64,000 nucleotides of DNA from a virus. The notes beneath the pieces were generated by a model. That model saw only the letters and a list, made by a program, of their open reading frames with translations, was not told the DNA's origin and searched no databases. Shown piece by piece: positions 1-7,987 of the stretch. The stretch lies in the IMG/VR virus record IMGVR_UViG_3300034358_000044, positions 1 through 64,000 of that record, one strand, 5' to 3'. A program made the translations under genes and the position numbers. Numbering within the stretch: the first letter of the stretch is position 1; the number at the start of each line of letters is the position of its first letter.

Positions 1-35
1 TCAGCCTTTGGCTTCGGGTTCGGTTGGTCATAGAG

Positions 36-48
36 CCTTATGCCAAAA
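36..48 (-). promoter_or_regulatory. Phage promoter motif copy (TTTTGGCATAAGG on minus)
   Basis: CCTTATGCC at 36-44, intergenic; one of 8 exact copies found, all minus-oriented. Confidence 0.7.
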
Positions 49-169
49 GGTGGCCCACAATTGAGTCTTCGAGAAGCCCAGTGCTGATAGCTAACCAAAA
101 GAGGGCGACGATACCCACTCCTGGGGGTGCTGGCCCGTGGCGATACGGGCTTACTTCGTTCTGCTTCTT

Positions 170-442
170 CTACTTCTTGCTCTTCTTGGTCGGACCACTG
201 ATGACGACAGTGGGCTCAGCCAGGTCCTTTATCTTCTCCAGCGCTGTTGCTGGAGACTCGAAGTGCTTCGAGAAGCAGTCGTTGTGGTACATCCCCCACT
301 CCCTGGTCTCACTGAACCTCTCAGCGAGGATGGGCGCTCCGGGGATGGGGGACTTCTGCTCCTTCAGCATCTGGCCCTGAAGTACCTTGATGGTCTTCAT
401 CAGGTACTTCAACGGCTTTCCACACGCATTGCAGACGGTCAT
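170..442 (-). CDS. Hypothetical protein, N-terminal CxxC
   Basis: 90 aa ORF, GC3-rich codons, MTVCNACG. Confidence 0.7.
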   Translation of the reverse strand: MTVCNACGKPLKYLMKTIKVLQGQMLKEQKSPIPGAPILAERFSETREWGMYHNDCFSKHFESPATALEKIKDLAEPTVVISGPTKKSKK

Positions 443-481
443 ACGGTCTCCTTCTTCGACTGGGCGGGATGCCCAGGGTGC

Positions 482-742
482 TTACTGCAGGGTACGGCCA
501 CGGATTGAAGAGCACTCTTCGTAGTGCTTCCACACTGCCTCAAAGTCTATGGTGTTGTGGATGTCCTCTTTGGCACAGATGACCTCGACCAAGTCCTCAG
601 GAGTCGAAGCCTTCTTCACCATGCTCATGTAGTTGAGCAACAAGAGGAAGTCGTAACCCTCCTTCATAGGGCTCTCCTCTTTGCTTCTCTTCTCCAGAGT
701 TCGCTCGAAGTGACGAAGCGCCCAGTCGAAGTCAGAGGGCAT
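482..742 (-). CDS. Hypothetical protein
   Basis: 86 aa ORF, host-like codon bias, overlaps upstream gene end. Confidence 0.75.
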   Translation of the reverse strand: MPSDFDWALRHFERTLEKRSKEESPMKEGYDFLLLLNYMSMVKKASTPEDLVEVICAKEDIHNTIDFEAVWKHYEECSSIRGRTLQ

Positions 743-923
743 GGATGGTGCTGACGGTCTCTGTGATGAGCTCCTCTGCCAACTTCACCGCCAACTTCGG
801 AGTCATCGTCCCGTCTATGCCCTTGTAGTGGGCTATGAAGATCCTCGCGGCGATGTCCCCCAGCTTGGCGTTCATCGCCAATATCTGGAGTTCCCTTTCC
901 TTCTCTTTCTGCTTGTCGGTCAC
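732..923 (-). CDS. Hypothetical protein
   Basis: 63 aa, GTG start with AAGGA RBS, 42 bp below promoter motif. Confidence 0.7.
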   Translation of the reverse strand: MTDKQKEKERELQILAMNAKLGDIAARIFIAHYKGIDGTMTPKLAVKLAEELITETVSTIHAL

Positions 924-940
924 GTTGCATCCTTGGCTAA

Positions 941-976
941 GAGAGCAAAAGCGCTCTCATAGAGCCTTATGCCGAA
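941..976 (-). promoter_or_regulatory. Promoter motif TTCGGCATAAGG (965-976) with leader hairpin (941-958)
   Basis: Exact motif; GAGAGC/GCTCTC inverted repeat just downstream. Confidence 0.7.
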
Positions 977-1035
977 TGCCACAGAGGTTTTGAGAGCTAC
1001 ACAGAGAGGGAGCACGGTGGCGCCCTCCCCTGTGA

Positions 1036-1629
1036 CTACGCCTTCTTGATACCCAGCTTCCTCCTGAAAGCAGTGACCTTCTGCACAGGGACGCCCACCG
1101 TCGAAGCGATGATGCTGTCGGGTATCTCACCCAGGAAGGCTGCTACCTTGTCCTCCCAGCCGTGGGTCTGGTCATAGGCGTAGTCCCACCCCTTGGCCTT
1201 GAATGCCTCCTTCACCGTGCCATAGTGGAAGAGCGCCGAGTAGTAGGCCCGTGGATTGGCCTTGCGCAGAGCGGCAGGAGGGAGCCTGGACTCTGCATCT
1301 CCGAGCGCCTCCAGCGTCTGCATGGCGCACATGAAGTGCACCTCGTAGTACGAGTCTCCACCCAATGAGCCTCTGAAGATGGGCTGGAACCTGCAGGCGC
1401 ACTCCGGGCACTTGGTGGTGGTGTCCAGTGGATCGCGCCTGAAGCCCCTGACAATCTCCACAGGCTCCAGCTTGTAGCTGCAGCTGGGGCACTGCGCTTT
1501 GGGAGAGAGGACAACGTCTTCTCCTGAGTGCAGTGCTGCCAGCAGCGCCATTCGCATGTCGAGCTTCTGCTCGATGCTCATGCTCTGGCGCTGGCTGAGG
1601 ACCTGGCGCTGGCCCATCTCCATCCTCAC
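1036..1629 (-). CDS. Zn-ribbon protein with sigma54 Region I-like N-terminus and C-terminal HTH
   Basis: GGAGG RBS; CPSC and CPEC pairs; N-term MRMEMGQRQVLSQRQSMS; C-term IPDSIIASTVGVPVQKVTAFRRKLGI. Confidence 0.8.
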   Translation of the reverse strand: MRMEMGQRQVLSQRQSMSIEQKLDMRMALLAALHSGEDVVLSPKAQCPSCSYKLEPVEIVRGFRRDPLDTTTKCPECACRFQPIFRGSLGGDSYYEVHFMCAMQTLEALGDAESRLPPAALRKANPRAYYSALFHYGTVKEAFKAKGWDYAYDQTHGWEDKVAAFLGEIPDSIIASTVGVPVQKVTAFRRKLGIKKA

Positions 1630-1967
1630 GGCTCCTCCTTCGCGCGCAGCTGGAGGATGACCTCGGTGTGGAGCTTTCCCTTCTTGCGCATTCGCTCAGT
1701 GCGCTTCATGAAGGTGAAGCTGTCGCCGTTCTCCACCTTCGTAGAGGTGAGCGTTCCACGACGGCACACTGGCAACTCGTCCACCTGCACCACGGGGACG
1801 TCCCTGTTGGGCTTCTGCACGCCCACAGTGGGGTCAATCTGCCTGGCGCAGGCAACGCAGTAGTACCGTCCATTCAAGAAGACCTCTTCGATGAACTCGG
1901 TCTTCCCGAAGACTTTCACATCGATGTGGACCCTGATGCCGCACTTCGAACAGATGGTGTGAGCCAC
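1626..1967 (-). CDS. Zn-finger hypothetical protein
   Basis: CSKC...CVAC; GTGA overlap with downstream gene. Confidence 0.75.
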   Translation of the reverse strand: MAHTICSKCGIRVHIDVKVFGKTEFIEEVFLNGRYYCVACARQIDPTVGVQKPNRDVPVVQVDELPVCRRGTLTSTKVENGDSFTFMKRTERMRKKGKLHTEVILQLRAKEEP

Positions 1968-2056
1968 GGTGCTCTCCTAGGTCAGTTTGATGAGAAGCCG
2001 GTGAGCCGCAAGCGCCTGCCCAGGAGTGGGCAAGCACCACTTCCAGAAGAGGCGCC

Positions 2057-2308
2057 TCATCGACGAATGGTGGCAACGATGGTTCCCTCGGACATCTTCG
2101 AGGTCACCATCTTGGGGAAGTACAACGTCCACGACTCCCCAGCCCTCAGCTCCATCGAGCGAAGCTGGTACCGGATGTTCCTCCTGCTCCCACGTCCAGG
2201 CCGCCTCCACCCGGGCATCTGCAGGCTGATGCTCACAGCCTTCCACGTCATGGCACCTGGGCCTTCTGAGCCCTGGGCACGCTTCTGAGCCCTGTTCTTG
2301 TCGGTCAT
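2057..2308 (-). CDS. Hypothetical basic protein
   Basis: AGGAGG RBS; GC3-rich in this frame but not in the overlapping frames. Confidence 0.65.
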   Translation of the reverse strand: MTDKNRAQKRAQGSEGPGAMTWKAVSISLQMPGWRRPGRGSRRNIRYQLRSMELRAGESWTLYFPKMVTSKMSEGTIVATIRR

Positions 2309-2369
2309 TGGAATACCCTCCTTTGAAGGGTCGCTCAGGAAGCAGCTTTATGCTGTTCTCTGGCTATAG

Positions 2370-2381
2370 CCTTATGCCGAA
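2370..2381 (-). promoter_or_regulatory. Promoter motif TTCGGCATAAGG
   Basis: Exact copy, 62 bp above ORF 2057-2308. Confidence 0.7.
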
Positions 2382-2476
2382 TCCCAGCTCTCTTTGGGCG
2401 CAAAGGTGCCTTATAATGGAGCGCAACCAGAAGGCTAAAGGAAGCTGGACAAGCCTTCCCCTTGCTACACCCGCCA

Positions 2477-2644
2477 CTAGGCCTGCATGGGGGTGGTGCC
2501 CGTCAGCTTGACTGGCGGTGGGACCTGGACGTTGATGGTGGCATCCAACATGGCCGCAGCCAGACGGACCAGGCGCAGGTCTGAGCTCTGTTCGACTTCT
2601 CTCAACAGGTCCAACGCCATGTTCACTTTCTCGGTGTCGGTCAT
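2477..2644 (-). CDS. Small hypothetical protein (MTDTEKV...)
   Basis: AGGAGG RBS from the duplicated cassette; start reassigned to 2644. Confidence 0.7.
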   Translation of the reverse strand: MTDTEKVNMALDLLREVEQSSDLRLVRLAAAMLDATINVQVPPPVKLTGTTPMQA

Positions 2645-2700
2645 CGCAGTACCCTCCTTTGAAGGGTGAGGAACAGCGGTATGCCGTTCTCTCGTTATGG

Positions 2701-2712
2701 CCTTATGCCGAG
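2701..2712 (-). promoter_or_regulatory. Promoter motif CTCGGCATAAGG
   Basis: Exact core, 57 bp above ORF start 2644. Confidence 0.7.
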
Positions 2713-3219
2713 TTCCACACTGTTCTTGCTCCAAAGGTGCCCTACAGTGGCGCGCAAGGAGCGGAAACAGGGTTTAAGACATCCTTCACCAGGGAGTAGC
2801 AGGTAGGAGTGTGAGAGTGCCTCATGTGAGGAGTGAGGGGAGTGGAGCAGGCGCATAGGAGGAGTGGGATTTGCCTCTGTGGAGGGTAGGTGGGGTCTGT
2901 GTGAGCACTATGATTCAAGGGCTGGTGAGGCCCTCTAGCCACAAGTGGTATTCCCCTCTGGGATGAAGGATGTGTCCCAGCTTGCGATCCTGAGTAGGAG
3001 CCAGAGCAGGGCGCAAAGGAGCAGCATCAACCTTCACCATCAACCTCGCCTGGCGTTAGGGCTATCTGAACACGAAAGGGAGGGGTGGGGTGGGGCTCAC
3101 TACACAGTGAATCGTTGGGGGCTATAAAACGGTGTTTGCTGGCAGGGAGCAAAAGCAGCACCCTTGAGATTTTCTTGGGGTGTTGTCAAAAACACAGTTC
3201 TGGTGCAGTTTCGGCAGGT

Positions 3220-3720
3220 ATGAGCCCCAGGAAGCACTACATCTGTGAGACGTGTGCTGCAGACCGTCCTGGGGTAGAGCGCAACCTGATGCCGGTCTTC
3301 AACTACTGTTGTTGGTGCGGAGAGGTGACTGCTGGCCAGTTGCTGTTGGCCGAGACAGCGCCATGTGAGGACACGTGCTTTCTGGGAGCGACTGGAGAGG
3401 CTCCAGAAATTCCTGGGGGTGGGCTGGAACGACTCTCGCTGTTATACGTCAAAGGAGGAATGGGGGTTGTCCATGGGGACGTTGATGCCGAAGGGGACGT
3501 ACAGAAGCTCTCGCACTCCAACACCCAGACGAATCAAGAAGGTGACTCTGGTGAAGAAGCCAGTGGTGTGCCCCAGGTGCAAGGGGACGCACAAGGTCTT
3601 CGTCTTCAAGGACCTGATGTTCCCCATCGTGCTTCACCAGTGGATTGTGTCCAGTCGATGGGCGTTGTGCCCAGCCAGGAAAGAGCCGGTGTTCGAGGCG
3701 GAGCTGGAACCCATTCTTGA
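3220..3720 (+). CDS. Cys-rich hypothetical protein (MSPRKHYICETC...), 3' half doubtful
   Basis: CxxC and CCWC in a GC3-rich 5' part; 3' part overlaps the better-coded 3473-3727 frame. Confidence 0.4.
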   Translation: MSPRKHYICETCAADRPGVERNLMPVFNYCCWCGEVTAGQLLLAETAPCEDTCFLGATGEAPEIPGGGLERLSLLYVKGGMGVVHGDVDAEGDVQKLSHSNTQTNQEGDSGEEASGVPQVQGDAQGLRLQGPDVPHRASPVDCVQSMGVVPSQERAGVRGGAGTHS

Positions 3721-3727
3721 ACCCTGA
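3473..3727 (+). CDS. Zn-ribbon hypothetical protein
   Basis: CPRC; strong GC3; followed by a terminator. Confidence 0.6.
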   Translation: MGTLMPKGTYRSSRTPTPRRIKKVTLVKKPVVCPRCKGTHKVFVFKDLMFPIVLHQWIVSSRWALCPARKEPVFEAELEPILEP

Positions 3728-3746
3728 TGCACCTTTCAGGTTTTTT
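3723..3746 (+). terminator. Rho-independent terminator
   Basis: CCTGA/TCAGG stem followed by T6. Confidence 0.55.
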
Positions 3747-3814
3747 GGGTACGAGGGCTAAGAAGAAAGGGGTCGGTCCACCCCCTTCCATCTTTCCTGC
3801 CCTCAACTGGAGAT

Positions 3815-4126
3815 TCACGCCTGCGCGGTGGGAGCTTCCTGCTCCTGAAGCTCTCCCAGCTTCCTGAACGACTTCTTCAGGAGCTTCACCTCGTCCTTGG
3901 TCTCGCGGATCCAGGGAGCCTTCTGGGCCGCCTGCTGCGCATGCATGCCACGGGTGATGAGGTCGCCCATGGCGGACTTCAGGTCGGACTCCTCCAGCCC
4001 CTGGCGGACCTCCTTGATGAGCCTCGGGATGACGCCGCCCTCACGGCTGATGGAGTTGTACATGGCGACCATGATGTCGGTCTCGATGCGGATGAAAGCG
4101 GCGGCGGCGTTGAAAAGGGTCTTCAT
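3815..4126 (-). CDS. Hypothetical helical protein
   Basis: 103 aa, AGGAG RBS, strong codon bias. Confidence 0.8.
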   Translation of the reverse strand: MKTLFNAAAAFIRIETDIMVAMYNSISREGGVIPRLIKEVRQGLEESDLKSAMGDLITRGMHAQQAAQKAPWIRETKDEVKLLKKSFRKLGELQEQEAPTAQA

Positions 4127-4293
4127 GGTGGTGTCTCCTGCCCCGGTGGGGCTGGTGTCGGGGAAAGCTGGATGCTTCCCGTCTACAGCCTTCTCCCAAG
4201 AACCAGCCCGGAATTGCTCTTAAAAGCCATCTTTGCCTCCTCTTCAGGAGGGGCTACCGCCAGAGGAGCCGCTTCTGGTATGAGGCGCCTCCC

Positions 4294-4674
4294 ATGCTCA
4301 CTGTCCGTACCAGGGTCGGGAAGAGCTCGGTTCATGGAAGAGGTCTGTTCGCTGACCAGGACATCAAGGAGGGCCAGCTCGTCTGGGAGTTCGACTCTCA
4401 GTCGGTGCTGGAGTTCCCCTCGAAGTTCATCCGCAACTTGAACCCCAAGTCTCGGGAGATGGTGGAGATTTACGGCTGGTTCCACCGCAATCTCGTCTAC
4501 CTCGATCTGGGGGATGCGAAGTACATGAACCACTCGAAGACGCCCAACCTGCGCTCGGGCCCTGGGAAGACTCCCATGGTGGCCGCCAGGGACATCAAGA
4601 AGGGCGAAGAACTCTTCTGCGACTACAGGGAAATCTGTGACAGTGTTCTGCCCGAGAGCATCGTTGACAGCTAA
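4294..4674 (+). CDS. SET-domain protein (putative lysine methyltransferase)
   Basis: GRGLFA..DIKEG, YMNHSKTPN and AARDIKKGEELFCDY SET signature motifs. Confidence 0.92.
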   Translation: MLTVRTRVGKSSVHGRGLFADQDIKEGQLVWEFDSQSVLEFPSKFIRNLNPKSREMVEIYGWFHRNLVYLDLGDAKYMNHSKTPNLRSGPGKTPMVAARDIKKGEELFCDYREICDSVLPESIVDS

Positions 4675-4682
4675 AAAGAAGA

Positions 4683-4701
4683 AGCCGGCTTCAAGCCGGC
4701 T
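4683..4701. terminator. Bidirectional terminator hairpin between convergent genes
   Basis: AGCCGGCT-TCA-AGCCGGCT flanked by A-rich and T-rich tracts. Confidence 0.6.
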
Positions 4702-4719
4702 CCTCCTCTTCACTCTCTT

Positions 4720-5100
4720 CTACATGTCCCAGGCTGCCAGGACGGGCTCGTGGGCCGGCTTCATGTAGAAGCTCGGTGCGAGAGCCTGGTCGGCCTGGGT
4801 GAAGCCCATCAGCTTGAGCCTGTCTTCGAAGCGCTTGTTCAACACGCATTCGACGTAGAGCCACATCTCGGGGTACTTCTCCCGAAGGTGGTTGAACATC
4901 CTGGTGAAGGCGCCTTGCCCGGGATGTGCAGCCTCCAGGCGGGCGAGATCCAGGACGGGCGAGCGAATCTTCCCATCCAGGACTCTTCGAGTGTACCGGA
5001 CGTAGACCTCGGTGAAGCCAGGGTAGGAGACGAATGTGTTTCGCCTCCAGGCTTTCGAGGCCCCCAGCAAGTAGGCGTCCAGTGTCTCCAACCCTTCCAT
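4720..5100 (-). CDS. GNAT-like acetyltransferase-fold protein
   Basis: VLDLARLEAAHPGQGAFTR (motif A-like) and LYVECVLNKRF...MGF; AGGAG RBS before MEGLET. Confidence 0.65.
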   Translation of the reverse strand: MEGLETLDAYLLGASKAWRRNTFVSYPGFTEVYVRYTRRVLDGKIRSPVLDLARLEAAHPGQGAFTRMFNHLREKYPEMWLYVECVLNKRFEDRLKLMGFTQADQALAPSFYMKPAHEPVLAAWDM

Positions 5101-5111
5101 GGTTTCTCCTT

Positions 5112-6149
5112 CTAGTTCTTCTTGTTCTGCTGCTCTTCTTCGATGGTAGCCCGGATGTGACTCTTCACCATCATCACGACTCCCGGCCCCCAGTAGTTCC
5201 TCCACAGCCTGACATCACCGTAGCCGTCGGAGTACACGGCCACACAGTCGAGCTCAGCGTCGAAGTAGGTGGGGAGCCCAGAAGCGTCCACCAGGGACTT
5301 GATGCCGTTCTCGTCTGCCAGACGCTTGGCCACGTTGTTGGGCAGCTCACGCCCCTTGCTCCGGGCGTAGGCCGTGGTGAACTTCTTCACCTTGTCGCCG
5401 TCCCAGCCGAACTCCCTCCCGATTTCCTCAGACGTGAGGTAGCCGGGGTAGCTGGGGTGCTTGTGGTTGTGAGTCAGGTAGAGGTAGCCAGGCTGAGCCT
5501 GGACGACGGCCTGGCTCTGCGCCTGGGGCACCATGACCATTCCCGGGAGCGTCCGGGTGTAGAGGTCCATGAAGAGCCCGGCGAGCTGCTCTCTGGAGAA
5601 CAGCCCCGAGGTCTGCATCTCCTTGAGGATGAAGAGAGGCACAGCCACTTCCTGCGGAAGAGCAGGAGGCAGCACCACGGGAGGCGTCAGGGGGAAGTGA
5701 ACCTGGACGAGGTCCTCCTTCTTCACTTCCGCCGGCTTCTTCCTCTCCCTGGGAGTCAGCTTCTTCAGGAGCTCGTCGGGCACCAGGCCTTCTCCCACCC
5801 CCGCGAGGAAGGCTCGGAACTCGATCGCGAGCGTCGTCCGACTCCGCAGGAGGATGGCGACAACTCCCTCGACTGTGAGGAAAACCGCAGAGTTGGCCGT
5901 GGGAGGGACTCCCAGACTGGGAGTATCCTTCTTCAGACTGGCGAGGACTTCCCCTTCGAACTGCAGGACCTCCTTGTTGTTCCCCATGCCCCAGCGGTGG
6001 AACATGAGGTCGACCAGCTTCTGGCCGTCATCGGAGTACCCGAGGGCCTTTCCCAGAAGCTTTGCTGGGACAATCCACCTTCCGCCCGTTCCTTGAACGA
6101 AGGTGATGTCCAGGTTGTGAAACGAGAGCGTCTTCGTGTTCAGTGCCAT
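5112..6149 (-). CDS. Bro-N domain (antirepressor-like) DNA-binding protein
   Basis: WIVPAKLLGKALGYSD...FLTVEGVVAILLRSR..LAIEFRAFL is a typical Bro-N pattern. Confidence 0.8.
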   Translation of the reverse strand: MALNTKTLSFHNLDITFVQGTGGRWIVPAKLLGKALGYSDDGQKLVDLMFHRWGMGNNKEVLQFEGEVLASLKKDTPSLGVPPTANSAVFLTVEGVVAILLRSRTTLAIEFRAFLAGVGEGLVPDELLKKLTPRERKKPAEVKKEDLVQVHFPLTPPVVLPPALPQEVAVPLFILKEMQTSGLFSREQLAGLFMDLYTRTLPGMVMVPQAQSQAVVQAQPGYLYLTHNHKHPSYPGYLTSEEIGREFGWDGDKVKKFTTAYARSKGRELPNNVAKRLADENGIKSLVDASGLPTYFDAELDCVAVYSDGYGDVRLWRNYWGPGVVMMVKSHIRATIEEEQQNKKN

Positions 6150-6212
6150 ACGGTGCCTTTCAGGGTTGTGAGGCAGATTCGGTCTACCATGGGGGTCTGA
6201 CATTCCACGGTG

Positions 6213-6485
6213 TCAGCTCTTTTTGTTCAGGTTTCCGAAGGCGGCCTCAATCATCAGCCCCTCGACAATCTTCGACTTCAGGTTCGGATCGCTGAGCAGG
6301 AGCGGCATCAGGAGCAATCGCATCTGCGAGTCGGGAACGATGATGGCGTCGTCTCGCCCGTACTTGGCGATCTTCCCGTCCAGCAACTTCACAGCCTCAG
6401 ACTCTTCGCCGCCAATGGCGGCGCACAGGTCTCGGTACTCACCCAGCGTGGCCGGGCACTCGTTTCCGTTTTCATCCTTGCGCAT
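6213..6485 (-). CDS. Hypothetical protein
   Basis: 90 aa ORF in operon, codon bias. Confidence 0.75.
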   Translation of the reverse strand: MRKDENGNECPATLGEYRDLCAAIGGEESEAVKLLDGKIAKYGRDDAIIVPDSQMRLLLMPLLLSDPNLKSKIVEGLMIEAAFGNLNKKS

Positions 6486-6487
6486 GG

Positions 6488-6925
6488 TTACCCCAGGTCC
6501 GGGTCAGGGTGAGCTCGCTGCGTCTTGAACTCCTTCTTCAGGCGCGCCTGGTTGTCACGCAGGTAGGCCCAGCTGTAGCTCCGTCCCGGCAGCTCCCTGA
6601 CCTCGATGAAGGGGACATTCGCTCCAGCACTCATCGCCGGCTTGACGCTGATGACCTCGGCCAGGCCCCCACAGACGTCGTCTTCCCCGTGGTCGATGTA
6701 GATGGACGTGTCCACGTAGATGTCATCTCCCACCTTGGGAGGTTCGACTCCGGTGTGCAGGTTGGCCGTCTTCAACCGAAGCTTGGCCAGGCGCTCACAC
6801 GCCATGTCCAGGACTTCCTTTCGGGGACCCATCCCCGTGTAGGTGCCGTCCTTGTTCTTCCTCTTCATCGCCGCCTCGACGACGGCCTTCTCCGCGTCTT
6901 CCAGCCTCTTGTCTGATGCTTTCAT
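6488..6925 (-). CDS. Hypothetical protein
   Basis: 145 aa, ATGA overlap, codon bias. Confidence 0.8.
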   Translation of the reverse strand: MKASDKRLEDAEKAVVEAAMKRKNKDGTYTGMGPRKEVLDMACERLAKLRLKTANLHTGVEPPKVGDDIYVDTSIYIDHGEDDVCGGLAEVISVKPAMSAGANVPFIEVRELPGRSYSWAYLRDNQARLKKEFKTQRAHPDPDLG

Positions 6926-7176
6926 GTCGTTGGTCCTTTGTACTTGTTGAACTCTTCCAGCAGTCCCATCAGCAGGGGCTCGCAGTCGAAGCAGTACATC
7001 TTCGCCCCGTGAGGAACTGGTTTGTCGAATGCGACGTGATTGATGGAGATGTAGGGGTCCCCACCTTCAACGGAGATTCCCCCCTTCGTCCAGAAACGTG
7101 TGTTCCTGGAGCTCATGTTGATGTTGGTCTCACAGCGGTCACAGTAGTAGCCGCCTTTCTCTTGGTTCCAGCCCAT
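6922..7176 (-). CDS. Zn-finger hypothetical protein (start uncertain)
   Basis: CDRC...CFDC; in-frame ATGs between 7176 and 7239. Confidence 0.7.
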   Translation of the reverse strand: MGWNQEKGGYYCDRCETNINMSSRNTRFWTKGGISVEGGDPYISINHVAFDKPVPHGAKMYCFDCEPLLMGLLEEFNKYKGPTT

Positions 7177-7237
7177 GGCTGCCATCCTTTCCATTCCGCG
7201 TTGGGTAGGGTACGTTCTTGAGTTGGATCTACCGCTC

Positions 7238-7987
7238 ATGACGAAGAAGAAGACTCCAGGCGAGCTTGGGTCGGACGACACCCAGACTCTCCCAGTCGTT
7301 CCAGACTCGGTCCCCTCGCCACCAGCGCCCAAACCGTCTGCGCCACTTCCTCGTCCATCGACTCCTCGTCCTTCGACCCCCAGGAAGAAGGTTTCGTCTC
7401 CGGTCTATCCGGATGCCCCAGACCCCTCTGCGCCAGTGCCCGTCAGGCCGCCTCCGGAGGACACCCCCAGGCGGAGGCCCCCTCCTGCGCCGAAGACCAT
7501 TCCCTGGGCCGCCCAGGTGGCTCTGGTGGCCATCCCTGCGACCATCTCTGGGGTGGCCAGCTACATGGTTGCCCGTAGCGACTCAGAGACTGGGTACCGT
7601 GCTACCTCAAAGGCCGTGCTGGAGCTCCAGCAGGCCACCAAGGAGCTGGTTCAGCAGCAGGCCTACATGCAGGGAGTCCTCGACGCTCTTCGCGCCGAGA
7701 CGAGCAGGCTGAAGGGTGCGAAGGGGATTGTGGTTCCGCCCCCTCCTCCACCCCTGAACCCCAAGGTGACGCTCACCGACCTACCTTCGACTCTCAAGGC
7801 CGTCGTCCAGGGTGGGGACAGTCACGCAGACTCGACCGTCCTGGCCTTCACACCGGCTCAGAGAGCTGCTCTGGCCGAAGCAGAGGTGAGTAGGACGGCA
7901 GCCATCGAAGCGATGAGGAAGCACGAACTTGAGAAGGAAGCCGCCAAGCAGGGGCAGCTTCCTCCTGGTCCTCCAGCAACTCCCTAG
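7238..7987 (+). CDS. Pro-rich single-pass membrane protein with coiled coil
   Basis: Hydrophobic WAAQVALVAIPATISGVASYMVA followed by a heptad helix; Pro-rich N-terminus. Confidence 0.75.
   Translation: MTKKKTPGELGSDDTQTLPVVPDSVPSPPAPKPSAPLPRPSTPRPSTPRKKVSSPVYPDAPDPSAPVPVRPPPEDTPRRRPPPAPKTIPWAAQVALVAIPATISGVASYMVARSDSETGYRATSKAVLELQQATKELVQQQAYMQGVLDALRAETSRLKGAKGIVVPPPPPPLNPKVTLTDLPSTLKAVVQGGDSHADSTVLAFTPAQRAALAEAEVSRTAAIEAMRKHELEKEAAKQGQLPPGPPATP

Larger units (their letters stand above)
2314..2757. repeat. Duplicated ~110 bp regulatory cassette (2314-2426 and 2650-2757)
   Basis: Shared TACCCTCCTTTGAAGGGT, CCTTATGCCGA and CAAAGGTGCC..GCGCAA blocks; 31 bp motif-to-CAAAGG offset in both copies. 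Confidence 0.85.

Noticed and set aside
5034-6200. Long antisense ORFs (also 8008-8991, 30095-31336, 21707-22519, 35782-36492 and others)
   Set aside because: Shadow frames of GC3-biased real genes; no RBS, and typical V/L/H/G-rich antisense composition
7237-7240. Head-to-head genes sharing one CATG start
   Set aside because: The minus gene has a better RBS-supported start at 7176, so the overlap is likely incidental
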